Shown here: piece by piece, positions 13,609 to 27,448 of the stretch
Layout: the number at the start of each line of letters is the position of its first letter
Numbering within the stretch: position 1 is the stretch's first letter
Source of the DNA: Antedon mediterranea
Lineage: Eukaryota > Animalia > Echinodermata
Assembly (NCBI RefSeq): GCF_964355755.1
Contig: NC_092678.1
Location: 21,097,365-21,161,364 of the forward strand
Length of the DNA: 64,000 nucleotides
Direction of reading: 5' to 3'
Made by a program: the position numbers and the translations under genes
The notes under the pieces: model-generated
Told to the model about the DNA's origin: nothing
The model's input: only the letters and a program-made list of their open reading frames with translations
Databases searched by the model: none

Positions 13609-15170
13609 CACGTCCTGCTCTCTCAACATACTGTATCCCTTCTCTCATCACGTCCTTGTACAGAATCTTATTCTCGCAAACACGGTTTTCACATTAACTT
13701 CCTCCATTAGAAATTAAATACTAATGAACCCTGAACATTTTGGAGAACATTCTCAATGTTCTGGTTCAATAGACCATGTGAATGGGCTTTATGGGATATA
13801 GAATATATTTTCTTATTCTCTTAGTGCTCTCGTGGGACTCATTTTTTATCTAGGTAGGTTAAAAAATGTGCTATCAATTATATTTAATGTTGAAGGTGAG
13901 AAGATCCAAGTGTTACGAGCTCTTAAAAAAAGAAATGTCAAATTTATTATGACTTTTATAACTGTAAACTGTACTGTATTTCGTTACAACTGTGATAGTT
14001 TTTGATGGTATAATTATTTGCACTATAATTTTTTGCAATGCTGTGATTATGGAGTAGACTGTCTTGGTGTCTGCAAAGTGTCCGATTTATTATGACTTTT
14101 ATGACTTTAATTGTTGCTGTACTCTATTTCATTAAACGAATAGTAGCGATAAGTCTATTTCGTGCCTAGCCTACCTGGATAAACCAACAATAGCCCTTCT
14201 CCTCGAAGAGCGAGATATAACTCAAAAAGTAGAAGTTTTCATTGGATCTCCCTCTCCACAAATGGTATAGTCCATGAACCAGGACATTGATTACTTTTAA
14301 TAGTGTTGCAAACTGTGAGTGTACATGATGATTTTTGTATTTGTAATCAGTAATATAGTTTAAGCATTTTTGTTATTATTATAGAATATAGTGTCTTCCT
14401 GTCTACTACAGTGTCAGATTGACTTAAGTTTGACTTTGATACAGCATGGTATGTTGTACAATTACAGTAGCCTTGTTTGTGTAACTGTAGATATTGCAGA
14501 CTGAGATTGTACAGTAGTCCTTTTCATTATTACTGTATACAAGAATATACAGTATAAATAAAATAGTGTAGTTGTTTTTGCCAATTACATTAATGCACTA
14601 ATTACCTAGGAAAACTTCAGAGTTTACTACATACAGGGCGTCAATACACTCTTGTGTGTGTAAACTCTGTAAAGGCCGTTGGGCCTAACAGTAACACCCT
14701 CTATTGGATAAAGGATGTGAGCTAAGACAGGAATAGAGTATTTATTGTAGACATAACAAACGTTTAAGAAGGAAAAGATATCAATATATCTTAATTGGCA
14801 TTTTTCAATGTCAACCATGCATTCAGCAGGTTGTTGGGGGCCAAAATGTGTTTGCCGTCTGATGGACCATCATCTTTTGTTGATCAGTAGAAAAGTAAAT
14901 AGATCATGCATTGTATTTAGCATGGGGTCAGTCAAGATATGTTGACTGGCACTTTAGGCCTTAACCACCACTAATGGTTATCACATGTCTCCTCATACAG
15001 ACATGGACAATAGCATACAGGAGCCAACATGCTTGCAATGTTTATTTCATGTTTGGTGATGCCTATGAGTAAGGTATAAACTATCCACTGCAATACTGTA
15101 TATAGACCCATTTCGTTTAGTTAAAACATGGTTACCATGTAGACATGTTCATCCCAGGATTGAGCTCAAG

Positions 15171-15313
15171 TAGGGGTGGATATATAGAGGTGCGCTCTTC
15201 CTTCTTATGACAGCTCTAAAACGAAATTATGAATTACTTTTTGATAACTATTTTTACAGGAATAATATTATATTTTAGTATCTCTCTATTAAAAAATCCT
15301 GAATCCACCCCTG
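15171..15313. mobile_element. possible decayed hAT-type MITE
   Basis: AGGGGTGGAT...ATCCACCCCT terminal inverted repeat only. Confidence 0.35.
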
Positions 15314-16905
15314 TTAAGCATCACTCTGATTCAACAAAGTCTCTCCACCTTCCACCATACACCCTTCACCCCTTCCCTACACCCCTCCCACCGTACCCGT
15401 AGACCCCTCCCACTATGCAATTATTCTTGTCTGTCTCATGATTGTAAATGATACATCCATCCAGAAGCTTTAAAGTGTGTTTACATTGAGAGCTGACAGT
15501 GTTTAGATTGTGTTCTAGTGCTTTTCAATGCATTTTACAAGTGTAATCAACTGTGCTACAATATTGTAATCTGCCACAATTCATTTGCCGTGGTATACTG
15601 TTTATTCACATCATAGGGGTTTCTTTGCCTTGAATAGATTGATCTATATTAAGGTCATAATGGACTCCATTATCAATTGTGTTTGATATTAAAAAAAACA
15701 TAAATTTATAGTTGAATTATCATGTCAATTTTGTAGGAAGGCTTTGTTTTGTACTGAAATATTAATATTAGTGTATAACACAGAGAAATAGAAATACAGT
15801 AGGAATAATGCAAACTGATTACAGCAGAGTTCGTAGGGTTTGAAAGAGCATCCCTTTTCCAGAAAACAAATTATTTGTATCTACTGTACTCTAGGCTTGG
15901 TTTAAATTTATTTTTAGTGTGCTTTTGCTTACACTTTTTGTCCTTTTTTGCAGAATAAACTCTCTATTACTGTATGTGTACCATTTGGTGCTGTACTATA
16001 ATGATTATAAATCTATGTTATAAAATTATACTTACTATACTATACAAAATTATAATATATAACATTTAAAGATTCTGTCGTAAATGCCATATTCGGTGAA
16101 CATGCCATATTCAGAAACCCTCATAATTGCAGTATTAAATTAGTAATAAGTATATTTATAGAAAATCTACAAAATATAGCCTTGATTTGTGTTGGCACGG
16201 TGCCAAAATATTGGGTTTATAGGAGTAATTATTATTGAATATTTACATACCAAACATGTTTGATTTGATTATGACTGTAACTGATTTAAGGGACCACCAT
16301 CACTGTGAAATTTGTTCAGAAAAGTCAACAGTTCGTCATTCTTACGGGTTGTGAGTGCCAAGATATTTTGTGGTCTAAATAAAAAGTAGAGACACAACAC
16401 TGTAGAATAATAATTGACCTCTGGTGTACAGTATAAAAAGCTGTTGCTTTTCTTCTGCATTTCTTGGCATCTTTTCCCTATTTCTCACGTTTTGTAACAA
16501 CAAATTACTGATCTTCAATTTTAGAAATAAAACATAATAATTTGATAATTGCCATGTTTTTTGGTCTTTTATTTCGTTTTAATATTGATAATATTAAGTG
16601 GCAACTCTCGTTGCTGTTGGTTTTGATGAAATAAAATGGGAAAATATAATGTTGCCAAGTAATAAAACTGAATACATAAAATAGTGTTTGCTGCCCTCTG
16701 TTGAGTGATTTGTAAAAAGAAATTGTTATGGCATTGAATACATTATTTATTTTATTTTATTTAACAATATTTAATGAGGATAATCCATCCAGCAATTAGG
16801 GACCCTCAGAGGATCACAAGACAAACATATACACAAGATGCTCTACATAAACAAAGTCTTATTACAAGTCTTTGGGAGTGGAGTTGTAATTTGGTCCTTA
16901 GAAAA

Positions 16906-16986
16906 AATCCTGACATGTGACGGGACTTGAACCCAGGACCCTTGGAGTGGTAGCCAAGCATCATAACCACCAAGCCACAACTCCAC
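16906..16986 (-). pseudogene. tRNA-like SINE head or tRNA pseudogene
   Basis: Minus strand reads TGGCTTGGTGG (A box) and GGGTTCAAGTCCC (B box). The acceptor stem does not pair. Confidence 0.55.
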
Positions 16987-17099
16987 TTCACATTCAAGCA
17001 ATTAACACAATATAATCATAAATTTATATCTGAATGATTTTTAAAAAAAATATGTATTTTGTTTATAAGAACGTTGAATTTGATTCACCTTCATATGCG

Positions 17100-17559
17100 A
17101 GGAACGTGGGACTATATCTGAGCCATTATGGTAAAAGACTATAGTAACTGTAAATTCACAGAAGTGCCTGATTAAACTCAGCCACTTAACAAGAAAGTGG
17201 GACTATATCTGAGCCATGGTGAAAGACTGAGTAAACTATAAAATTTACATAGAAGTGCCTGGTTAAAGTCAGCCACTTAACAGGAACGTGGGACTATATC
17301 TGAGCCATGGTGAAAGACTGAGTAAACTATAAAATTTACATAGAAGTGCCTGGTTAAAGTCAGCCACTTTAATAACAGGAACGTGGGACTATATCTGAGT
17401 TATGGTGAAAGACTGAGTAAACTATAAAATTTACATAGAAGTGCCTGGTTAAAGTCAGCCACTTAACAGGAACGTGGGACTATATCTGAGCCATGGTGAA
17501 AGACTGAGTAAACTATAAAATTTACATAGAAGTGCCTGGTTAAAGTCAGCCACTTAACA
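17100..17559. repeat. about 91-bp tandem repeat, 5 copies
   Basis: GGAACGTGGGACTATATCTGAGCCATGG...CAGCCACTTAAC recurs. Confidence 0.93.
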
Positions 17560-17792
17560 TACTCATTAATTCTTAACATTGTAGACACAACTAATCAATA
17601 TTTATTATTTAGAGAATAAAGGTTGTCCGTACATTATCCAGCAAATCCTAACCTTTTAATCGTAAACTGTATATAGTGCAAGCAATTCTAAGAATAAGAA
17701 ATACCATAATTAATGTCTATTATTCGACATTAACTAGGTCAGTGGTTGTAAGTAAAAAATTAGATGATTCAGGATCAATTTGTTGAGATTAA

Positions 17793-18062
<270 letters not shown>

Positions 18063-18064
18063 TA

Positions 18065-18209
18065 AGCTTGGTTCCCACTAGGTCGTAAGCGTGACAAAAG
18101 CAATTTAACCAATCACAAGCGATGGAATATCAGAATTTTCGCTTGTGATTGGTCAACTTGCTTGTGTTGCGCTTACATCCTTGCATTGCGTTCTAGTGGG
18201 AACCAAGCC
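18065..18209. mobile_element. MITE with AGCTTGGTTCCCACTAG TIRs, about 70 bp downstream of a MAGI donor
   Basis: GCTTGGTTCCCACTAG...CTAGTGGGAACCAAGC. Shares ACCAATCACAAGCGATGG with 44046-44225. Confidence 0.75.
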
Positions 18210-18553
18210 TAAAGGTTTGCTTGGCGAATGAACCATAGTAGAGTTATGTTGGTTTTCTTACAACAGAAGATGGATGCATTTAAACAATCGAAACGTCGAG
18301 AATTTTTCAACCTTGCCATCTTCTATTTGAAAACCCATTGGTTCCTTTAAACTTCTTCTGTATGTTAAATTATGCAAATAAAAGGCCGTTCAGTTCCGAC
18401 TGAGCAACACCTATCCTCTGTTACTAACTAAAAAAAAATATTTCGCCAAACTTGGTGTGAAATTTTCAATTTGAGATGACCTGAGACACGCATGAGTTGA
18501 GGGGTGGGTCAAACTTAAAGTCCTTATGACTTATATGACTCTTCCCCCACATA

Positions 18554-19401
18554 CCGTATATTTCGGTGTATAAGTCGCACCTGTGTATAAGACGCACCCC
18601 CAACTGAGAGTAAAATATCGGTATTTTTTATATGGTCGATGTATAAGACGCACCTTATATTTCATCAAAAAAATGTTTTTTTAAATTGTAATCAATATTA
18701 TTGTAATAATATATTTTGTTATATCTACAACGGCGTCCTTTATTTAGGTTTTTTCTTACCTAAGCTCGGCCGCGCCCAGCCTCAACAAGTTCTTTCTAAC
18801 TTGTTATTCATGAGTTTCGCCGCAACATCGAGTGCATGACCGTGTGTGTAACACGCACGTGTGTGGGCTAGCCTCGCTCGATCATTTCGAGAGGGCGCAC
18901 GTTTTCACCGACAATCGTATTCGATTAGTATCTATGTATCCGAGAAGTGTGTACGCTAGGTCCATGCTATAATCACCTGGAGAATATACTAGTCGAATAC
19001 CGTACACCATGTGCCACCAAAAGAAGGGCTTGCGCTTGGGGTACGGCGATCGTGCGTATAACTACTGTATAAATAAATACTATTCCAATCGTACGACGTA
19101 AACGTTTACAAATGAAATTTTATCGGAGCGCCATAATGAACAAATCTTTTCATCATATTTAGTATAACATCATGCTAAAATGACTTGAAAACTAGGCCTA
19201 AGCAGAAGCAGGTTGCCGTTACGTTAGTTAGTTACTGTAGCTAGGCCTAGCCTACTCAGGCCTAGCAAACGAGGTGACGATAGCCTAGGCCTATGTATAA
19301 TCTGTGTGGTGAGGCATTTATGTTCGGTGTATAAGACGCACCCTTAATTTAGAGGTCAAATTTGCGTGTCAAAAGTGCGACTTATACACCGAAATATACG
19401 G
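18554..19401. mobile_element. non-autonomous Tc2/pogo-like element, copy 2
   Basis: Same 27-bp TIRs and TA flanks. Near-identical to 5747-6577 in the same orientation with unrelated flanks. Confidence 0.92.
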
Positions 19402-21514
19402 TAATCACTTATTATTGAAATTGAATTAAATGATGTGCAAGCAGTCGTCGTTTGGAACTAGAACCATCAAAACCACTGTACTGTATGTCGAAGAGTACAA
19501 GGAAGAAGCATCCCCAATGAATTAACTTTTCCTACTGTATGTTGTTGGTCGTCAAATCAAAAGCTCCCTAGGAACACAAAACTCTTTTTGTATATTTTTT
19601 ATATAAAATCATTTTATGTTTTTAAGAAATTTTGTTATACTGCCCTCTATATATAACTTGTAAATTATAACCATGAATTATTCATGATTTGATGACCTTT
19701 TATAGCTTTCAATTGCACATCCAAGCTGTTGACAAAGGAGATACAAAACTCATAATTCTTCTTTATCTAATGAAATATTAAAATGATGTTTTAAAGATAT
19801 TTGTTTTTTATTACTGTAGATTGCCATCTTATAAATGGATTGATGTAGTATTGATTTTTCTTGTATAGTAGTATGGAAGGAAAACGACAGGGTAGCGTTT
19901 TAACAATATTTATTGAGCGTTTTTAATAGTGTTACAGTATTTTTTAATTTTAAATTTCTTAGCAAATAAGTAAAAATATTGTTACCCCTTCCAAATCCCA
20001 CCATCCTCAATTTTCCATCAAACTTATTTAATGTTTTTGCAGTCATCATTCTAGTTAAAACCCAACACCAAACATGTTTATTTGGGGTGGTTCACTATGG
20101 TGCATAAGAAAAACTTTGTAGTTGTTTTGCGAGGTACAGGTAATTCAGTTATAGTTAAAATACTGTAGTTGGCAATTATTAATTAACACAATGCAGGATA
20201 AAAGAGAGAATATTACTAAAGCTGACAACAAATTGATGTTGTGATAGAATGTGTTAACATTAGCTGAGCAATGAATAAATAATGATCCGGTATTGTGTAC
20301 ATAAAAATCTGTTTTCTTCATATACTCAAAAAAATCTAAATTTATAAGTGGACACATCAGATCATTATTGTTGCCTGTAAAGGATCGGTGGTAGTCGCTT
20401 CTTTAGACATCCTTTAGGCACTACTGAGATGAACAAGAAACCATTTCGCTTTTCTGAAAAATGCATGTTCATTTGTAAACTGAACCCCCAGTTTAATGTT
20501 CTACTGTACCTCAAAAATTATGGAGGATTGCCTTGATGCTGTTCTGATGTTTTGGCTGTGTACTGTATGGTCAGCAACACCCTGTTTAACTTACCATACG
20601 TTAACAGCACCCTTCTTTAACCACTCGGCCACTCAACTCGTCAATTTCACAGTTGTGAAACTATAAGAACAATCAAAGTTTTCTTACTATAATTTAATTG
20701 TAAATGTATAACCAATCACTAGTTTCAAGGCCATTATAGAAATTGAATGAATTTTCAAGTTTTATTAATTAATTTTTTCAATTTCCCTTTATAATTATCC
20801 ATTTAAGGAAAGGAACAACTAATGTTCTATTATTATTGGTTTGATACCACCATACAAAAAAGATCTATTAATAAAATTACAGGCTAAAGGCTGTCTCCAT
20901 ATGCCCAAATATGGTAGTGATATACCCAAATATGGTAGTGATATGACATCATCATGTCCATATATGGTCACATCACATTTTTTTTTTGTCACAAAAAGTT
21001 TGATAGTGTAGACAGAGCTAGACTTTCAATTCTTATTTTTAAAGATTTTTAACATTAACAAGCAAGTTACAGTACAGTAGGAACAATGCAGTTTTGTATG
21101 GTACAATATTCAATAATATAATATGATGATGAATATTAATGATCATAATATTATGAATAGTTGATAAATAAAGCAACATAAAAATAAGCTAAACATAAAA
21201 TAAAATAAATGCTTGTATGTGAATATTAATGATGTTGAAATGATTGATAAAATTAATAATGAACTTGATTATATAAATGCTACACAGTAGTTGATACGAT
21301 AATAATGTTAGATACATTTTTATGAATATTAATAATCTTGATGACTAAGATATAGTAATATAAATTTTAATGCATTGCTAGTTGATAATGATGTTGATAC
21401 GTTTATATTTTTTAATGATTATGAATATTAATGAGCTTATTATAATATTAAGTATGGACGCTTGTTGATTTATGTTAATGATGTTGATATGTTTTGATGA
21501 ATATTAATGATCTT

Positions 21515-21592
21515 GATTGATTTATTTATTTCAACAATATTTTACGAGGGTGGTCTATCCAGCCGAAGCCGATCATTAGGGACCCTCACAGA
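21515..21592 (-). mobile_element. LINE/SINE 3'-end fragment
   Basis: Minus strand GAGGGTCCCTAATGATCGGCTTCGGCTGGATAGACCACCCTC hairpin followed by an (AATA)n tail. Related copy at about 16745-16810. Confidence 0.5.
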
Positions 21593-23194
21593 AATACGTC
21601 ATTTACAAGACATAAACATGTAACAATAAAAATAAAATTAATATGAATATACAGTAATTTCTAAAGATAAGATAATAAATGTAAATGCATTGCTAATTGA
21701 TAATAATGTTGATACATTTTTTGCGATGATGAATATTAATAAGCTTATTATAATATTAAGTATGGATGCTTGTTGATTTATGTTTATGATGATGAATTGA
21801 TTGATTGTTGAAGTTGAAAATGTTGATATTATGATACATTTATAGTTGATGACTTTGAATAATAAAAAAAATGATGTTAATATTGAATTCAATTTATGAT
21901 TACTGTACAGTATTAATTTAATTTTTAGTTTGAAAGAAGCTTGGGATGATAAGTATTGAGAATTATAATAATAATGTAAACATTATTATTATTATTATTA
22001 TTATTTTAATCTTGATGTTATAAATCAAATCTGTTTTTGTTCTACATAATATAATAAAAACGTGTACTTGGAAAAAATGTTTTCCTCGATTGAAATGGTA
22101 AACCAAACAAAACATTCACACTTACTGTACAACATACTTTTGATAAAATTACAATTTACAAAAAAAGATGCTGGTATTATGTCAGTGATTTGCGTCTGAT
22201 AAATGTTGATGACAAACAAGACAAACAGAATCAGTATAGATAACAATAGGGTCATTATTGATGCTTGTTAAATGTTAATAATGTAAATTACAAAACATTA
22301 ATTTTCAAGGAGAAATTTTTCATTTCGAGCTATCACTACCGTATTAACAAAATTATTGTAAATAGAAATTAATTTGGACAACAATGATGGCATTCTTCTT
22401 ATTAACTTTTTATTTTGTTATTTTTATGCGAAAGCAATGTTTTATTGCTGTAAGTAATTTTAACAGATAAATTGAAATAAGTCTGCGTAAATTTACACCA
22501 AAATAAGTTGACACCGACACAAGTAACTAGAACATTGTATTTTATTGGTTGTTCAAGGAAAAAATTACTGTACAGACTTTGTATACAAACAAAGTTTTTT
22601 TTTTCAATTCTAAAATTAAACATATTGACAATTATTATTGAGTGTATAGCAAAAGTTTGCATTTTACGATGTAATAAAATATTAACATGAGACGTATATA
22701 AAAACATTACAGTACTGTTTTTACAAAGTTCAGTTATTTTTATGTACACTACACTATTTTGAGAGCAGTGCGTGTATCTGTATAATTGCGTTATACAATG
22801 CAACAACAGAAATAGATTGTTTATGTATACAGTTTGTAATACAATCAAGTCTCTAAAAAGTCGGTCACTGTTGTTGATTTGTTAATTAATAATTGTATTC
22901 ACAATTTATTTTGGGAACACATACAGCAGTACTGAGAGCTTTAATGTATTATTATTTATTATTTATTATATAAAAAGAGAAAAGAAACCCCAAAACCATT
23001 GTCTGGCAGACAATTTAAGTATTTGTTGCTTTAAATTAAATTTTTTTTCAGGTAAAATAACTATTATGTGACAATAAAATGACACATTCAAAAACATTGA
23101 AATTGAATTGAATTGAAATAAAAAATATTTTTCAATAAGCAAGCAGCGTTTTTTGTAAGAAATATATCTTGTTAGTTTTACTTTTTATTATATC

Positions 23195-23230
<36 letters not shown>
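23195..23230. repeat. (AAT)n microsatellite
   Basis: About 12 perfect units. Confidence 0.9.
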
Positions 23231-23534
23231 GAACTGTACATAACTGTGACTCTTCCAACAATTACTTTAATATTACAATTATGTAATATTTAAATAATTG
23301 TAGTTTTTTAGAGTTCCATGAAAATTTACAATATTTTGCATGGATTTGGACCCCATATTCTGTATAATATATTATATTGTATTATAACACACTTTCATCA
23401 TTCACCTCATGCCATTATTTGTACTATTACACTCATAAACATATACTATTGAATAGTACTAAATTGTAACTATTGATACTGTTATCATGTGTAATCTTCC
23501 GTATTCCACTCATTTTGAATATTTTTATCCTCAG

Positions 23535-23654
23535 GTACGACAAGAGCTCCGCGAGACGAGGAGGTAGACGGCGTAGATTACAAATTCCTATCAACCGAAC
23601 AGTTCATCGTACTCGAGAAGACTGGCCACCTTCTTGAGAGTGGAATTTTTGACG
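23535..23654 (+). CDS. MAGI: MAGI exon, guanylate kinase-like domain ([40 protein letters not shown])
   Basis: cctcag acceptor and GTAGGT donor, 120 nt, phase 1 to 1. Contains the GK signature TTR.PR..E.DG.DY.F. Confidence 0.95.
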
Positions 23655-25193
23655 GTAGGTTTATTGAACATGGTTTGTATCTGTTGGTATAACTTCTGTT
23701 TCTACACCAAATATAGAAACTTCTTAAGTGTGCAAGTTTTGACAGTAGGTTTATTAAACATGGTTTGTATCTGTGTTGTGATAACTTAAGCGTCTACACC
23801 AAATATGGAAACTGGCAATGTAGAAAAAAGTCTTGCTTGATTGCTTTCATATTGTGTAGAAAACACAAATAGAGAAATTTGATTTTTGTTGTATTATTTT
23901 TTTAAATCTCTATTTTAACTCATATTCATAATTAATAAAGTGTGTATTGTATATGATTTGGACAAATTCAATCAAATAAATTATCAATTCTTTGTTTCGC
24001 TTTTGATTCACAAACTACATAATTTGTTTTGAAAACATCTAATTTAGAACCAAATAGAATTAACCAAATAGAACTAAATCGATTCCTATCATTTTTAAGT
24101 AGCTACTGTATAACCATCAATAGTAAACATTTTAAATTATTAAAAAATTAACACCTTCATTTAAAATTTGCATTAAAAATTTATTTTTATATTAATTTTG
24201 AGCTCAAGTTGACCTTTTCTTTTTATTTATTGTTTCATGTTCTTAGAAAAGAAAAAACAAAATGTTTTTCCATTTGCTAAAGCCATTAGATATCCAGTAA
24301 CAATGATTCTAAACTCTGTTTACACTATCAAACTTTATGTTTGTCCATATATGGACATGATGACATCATATCACTACTATATTTGGGCACATCACAAACT
24401 AATTTGATAGTTGTAGACAGAGCTTTAATAATATTTTCAAAAAGGAATAGAAAAAAGAACTGAATTTTTAATATAAATAAATAAATAATAAATATACTGT
24501 AATTTCCATTTCAAGAAATGTAATCACAAAGTAAGCACGTTTGAAAATTACCGAATCTTTGATATTTTTTCATAAATTACAAATCTTACTTTTTTCTTTA
24601 TCATTATTATTTTTACTGTACTAAAATAATTTTGAAATACTGATGGTGGTCTTTGGTGTTTTGATTAGGACTTTGTAAAACTCTGTCTACTCAAACTAGT
24701 GTGATGTACCCAAATATGGTAGTGATATGACATCCTTATGTCTATATATTGGCACATCACATGTTTTTGTTACATGAAGTTTGATAGTGTAGACAGAGCT
24801 TTAAATTGGTCAATAATTGGAGGGATTCACTTAGTAAAAGTTCTTGAATGGAAACCTGTTCATCACTCACAGTTCCTAGTTTTACTTTGAGCATTTTTTT
24901 TTTTCCTGCTCAATGCAATGGTACTGTAGCTAGTGTACTGTAAAATAAGCTTTTTTCTTTCTGCTTTTGAACTAGTGTACATCTCATACACGAAATATAA
25001 TAACTGTTAATTGTAATAATAAAATAGAGAATGATAAAGATATGATGAGAAAAGAAAAAAAAAATTCATAACACTTTACATTTTCTACAAGTTCCTTCAA
25101 TTCAAGAGATATTTTCCATTTTGTTGACGATTATCAATTTGTTTGTATTTGTTAAATCTTTAGGCTTTAAATAAACTTTTTATGGGTACTATA

Positions 25194-25316
25194 AAGCACC
25201 ACTAGGTGAATTTGTTCGTGGGAATCGAAATTGCCAGCTTCCAAATCTATCTCTACGCATAAAAACCTGACGCTTTCGATTCCAGTGAACAAAATTCGTC
25301 TAGTGGTAAATTGACT
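25194..25316. mobile_element. degenerate palindromic MITE (CCACTAG..GAATTT type)
   Basis: ACCACTAGGTGAATTTGTTCGTGGGAATCGAAA pairs imperfectly with TTTCGATTCCAGTGAACAAAATTCGTCTAGTGGT. Confidence 0.55.
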
Positions 25317-25728
25317 TAAAAGCCTTGCATCTCATGCTTTAAAGGGATTCCCACATTTTGCCTTTTGGCCATATTTGAACATTGATTAACTCTATCTATG
25401 TACATACCTACGCCTAAATAAATAAATATAATTTCTGTTTTAAATATTAAATTGATTGATTTTAACCTAAAATTTAGAGAGCTTTTCCAGATGTACATGT
25501 AACAGTACATTATGGATCTACAGTGAAAGCATTTTACAACTAGTCTGATGAAGCAACAGATATTATTATTAATGATGTAAACATATAAACGGAAGGAAGA
25601 AAAATAAATATTTTAACAAATTTACATGATGATTAATTATTAATAAGGAAAGTATTTATTAATGTTTAAAAAAAATATTATTTCATATTTTTGCTCTTTG
25701 TAAACTGTATTTATTTATCATCATTTGT

Positions 25729-26010
25729 GGAGCACTGTGGCGCAGTGGTTAGAGCATCGGACAAGAGGTTGTTGGTTCAAGCGCCGGCTCAGTCACTGCA
25801 GTGTTGAGTCGTTGATCAAGATTCTTTATCCACATTGTTCCTCCCCACCCAGGTGATAGAAATGGGTACCAGTATGTAAAAAGTACTGGGAAGGTAAATC
25901 AGACTCGTTTGTGCGGGAGGAATGGCGTACCCCCCACAAACATACACACTAAAAAAAGGAGATGGGCACCACGGCCGTTAGCATTAGCTTAGGCTTTACC
26001 TTTACCTTTA
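25729..26010 (+). mobile_element. tRNA-derived SINE
   Basis: A box TGGCGCAGTGG and B box GGTTCAAGCGCC. CORE-like CCACCCAGGTGATAGAAATGGGTACC body and (CTTTAC)n tail. TTTATTTATCAT repeated on both sides (25710 and 26007). Confidence 0.8.
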
Positions 26011-26609
26011 TTTATCATAGAGAATCTGTACTGATCTACCGTCGTTGAGTTTAAAAAAAAGCAGAAGTAGAAAGGGGCTTTGTGCAGTATACCCTACGCT
26101 AGACCAGTACAGTATCTAACTCTTACAACAGTAATATGACCTTTAAACTTGTTATCAGAAATAACATTACCAAAATTATAGTTATTTTTAAAAAAACATT
26201 AATTAATCATAATAATAAGACTTCATTTGCTTAAATATTATCAAAGAAAACTTAGAAAATTAGTAAATAATAATAATTAAATAAATATTTTTTATATTCA
26301 ATAATTGCTAGTTAGACCCACCAATTCATTTTTTTATAGAAATGTTTAGCTGCGTTTAATAAAGATCTGATTGGTTGAATTTTTATAACGCATGAAAACA
26401 ACTAAATTTAACGGGTAAACAAGTAAATATAAACAAGTAAATACTGTATAGACAAGTTAATTAGGTTTGCTAATAATAGGCTAAGTATAAATAAACACCA
26501 TTATTTTCTGTGGAGTTCTTGCATCGAGTCCAACCCACATTATGGCATTCTCTGGCATAGCTCTTTTTAAAGTTTTCTTTTAAAAACAGTATCAAAAATC
26601 AAGAATATT

Positions 26610-27027
26610 TCAGTCCGTTGATGGTTTAACATTATCCGTTGGTAGAGTAAAACCCATATCAGATGTTGCGGCAGGGCTTGATGCTGATTGGCCAGCATCT
26701 GCACCACGTTGACCATTTAAAGGTATTTGCATTCCAGTTCGTATGAGCATCGCTTGCGATAACCACATCATGTTCGTTTGCATCGATAACAATAACTGTC
26801 TGTCCATCTCCAATCGCTGTTTTTCCAAATCAAGTCTTTCTCGTTCTACCCGGACAAGGTCTTGGAGAGCGCGTTCTAACACGCGGTGTTTCTTCTTAAG
26901 TAATCCTGACGTGTTACCGGCAGATGAGAACCGTGAGGTGCCTAATGGGCTTTTTTGTGACAAAAGGCTTAACCCTTCGTAGTTTCCAGTTGGTGGTGCT
27001 CTTTGTAGATGGTTCAACAGACTAAAA
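26610..27027 (-). CDS. nested gene terminal coding exon: coiled coil (LERALQDLVRVERERLDLEKQRLEMDRQLL) and stop
   Basis: Minus-strand ttttttctag acceptor, phase 2, joins in frame to ORF 26610-27017. A second in-frame AG lies 6 nt downstream. TGA stop. Confidence 0.85.
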
Positions 27028-27074
27028 CTAGAAAAAACATAAAAGATATTTAAAAATGTGAATTACCGTATTAA

Positions 27075-27448
27075 ACTAGCCTAGTGTTTTGTAACTTGCC
27101 CAATGTTATTAACCTGCTTAGTGTTTAGTAACTTGCCCAGTGTTATTACTGTAACTTGCCCAGTGTTTAATAACTTGCCCAGTGTTTAGTAACTTGCCCA
27201 GTGTTTAATAACTTGCCCAGTGTTTAATAACTTGCCCAGTGTTTAGTAACTTGCCCAGTGTTTTGTAACTTGCCCAGTGTTATTAACTTGCCCAGTATTT
27301 TGTAACTTGCCCAGTGTTTAGTAACTTGTCCAGTGTTTTATAACTTGTCCAGTGTTTTGTAACTTGCCCAGTGTTTAGTAACTTGCCCAGTGTTTAATAA
27401 CTTGCCCAGTGTTTAGTAACTTGCCCAGTGTTTAGTAATTTGCCCAGT
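27075..27448. repeat. 19-bp minisatellite in the last intron of the nested gene
   Basis: Unit AACTTGCCCAGTGTTTAGT, about 19 copies. Confidence 0.95.

Noticed and set aside
12639-13651. Repetitive minus-strand ORFs (GRRGVYWEKRCLLGEEVSI)
   Set aside because: They are translations of a 19-bp minisatellite in all three frames.
17100-17559. 91-bp repeats (and the 58-bp array at 41175) as CRISPR-like or ncRNA arrays
   Set aside because: The whole unit repeats with no variable spacer. No Pol III boxes or ribozyme core were seen.
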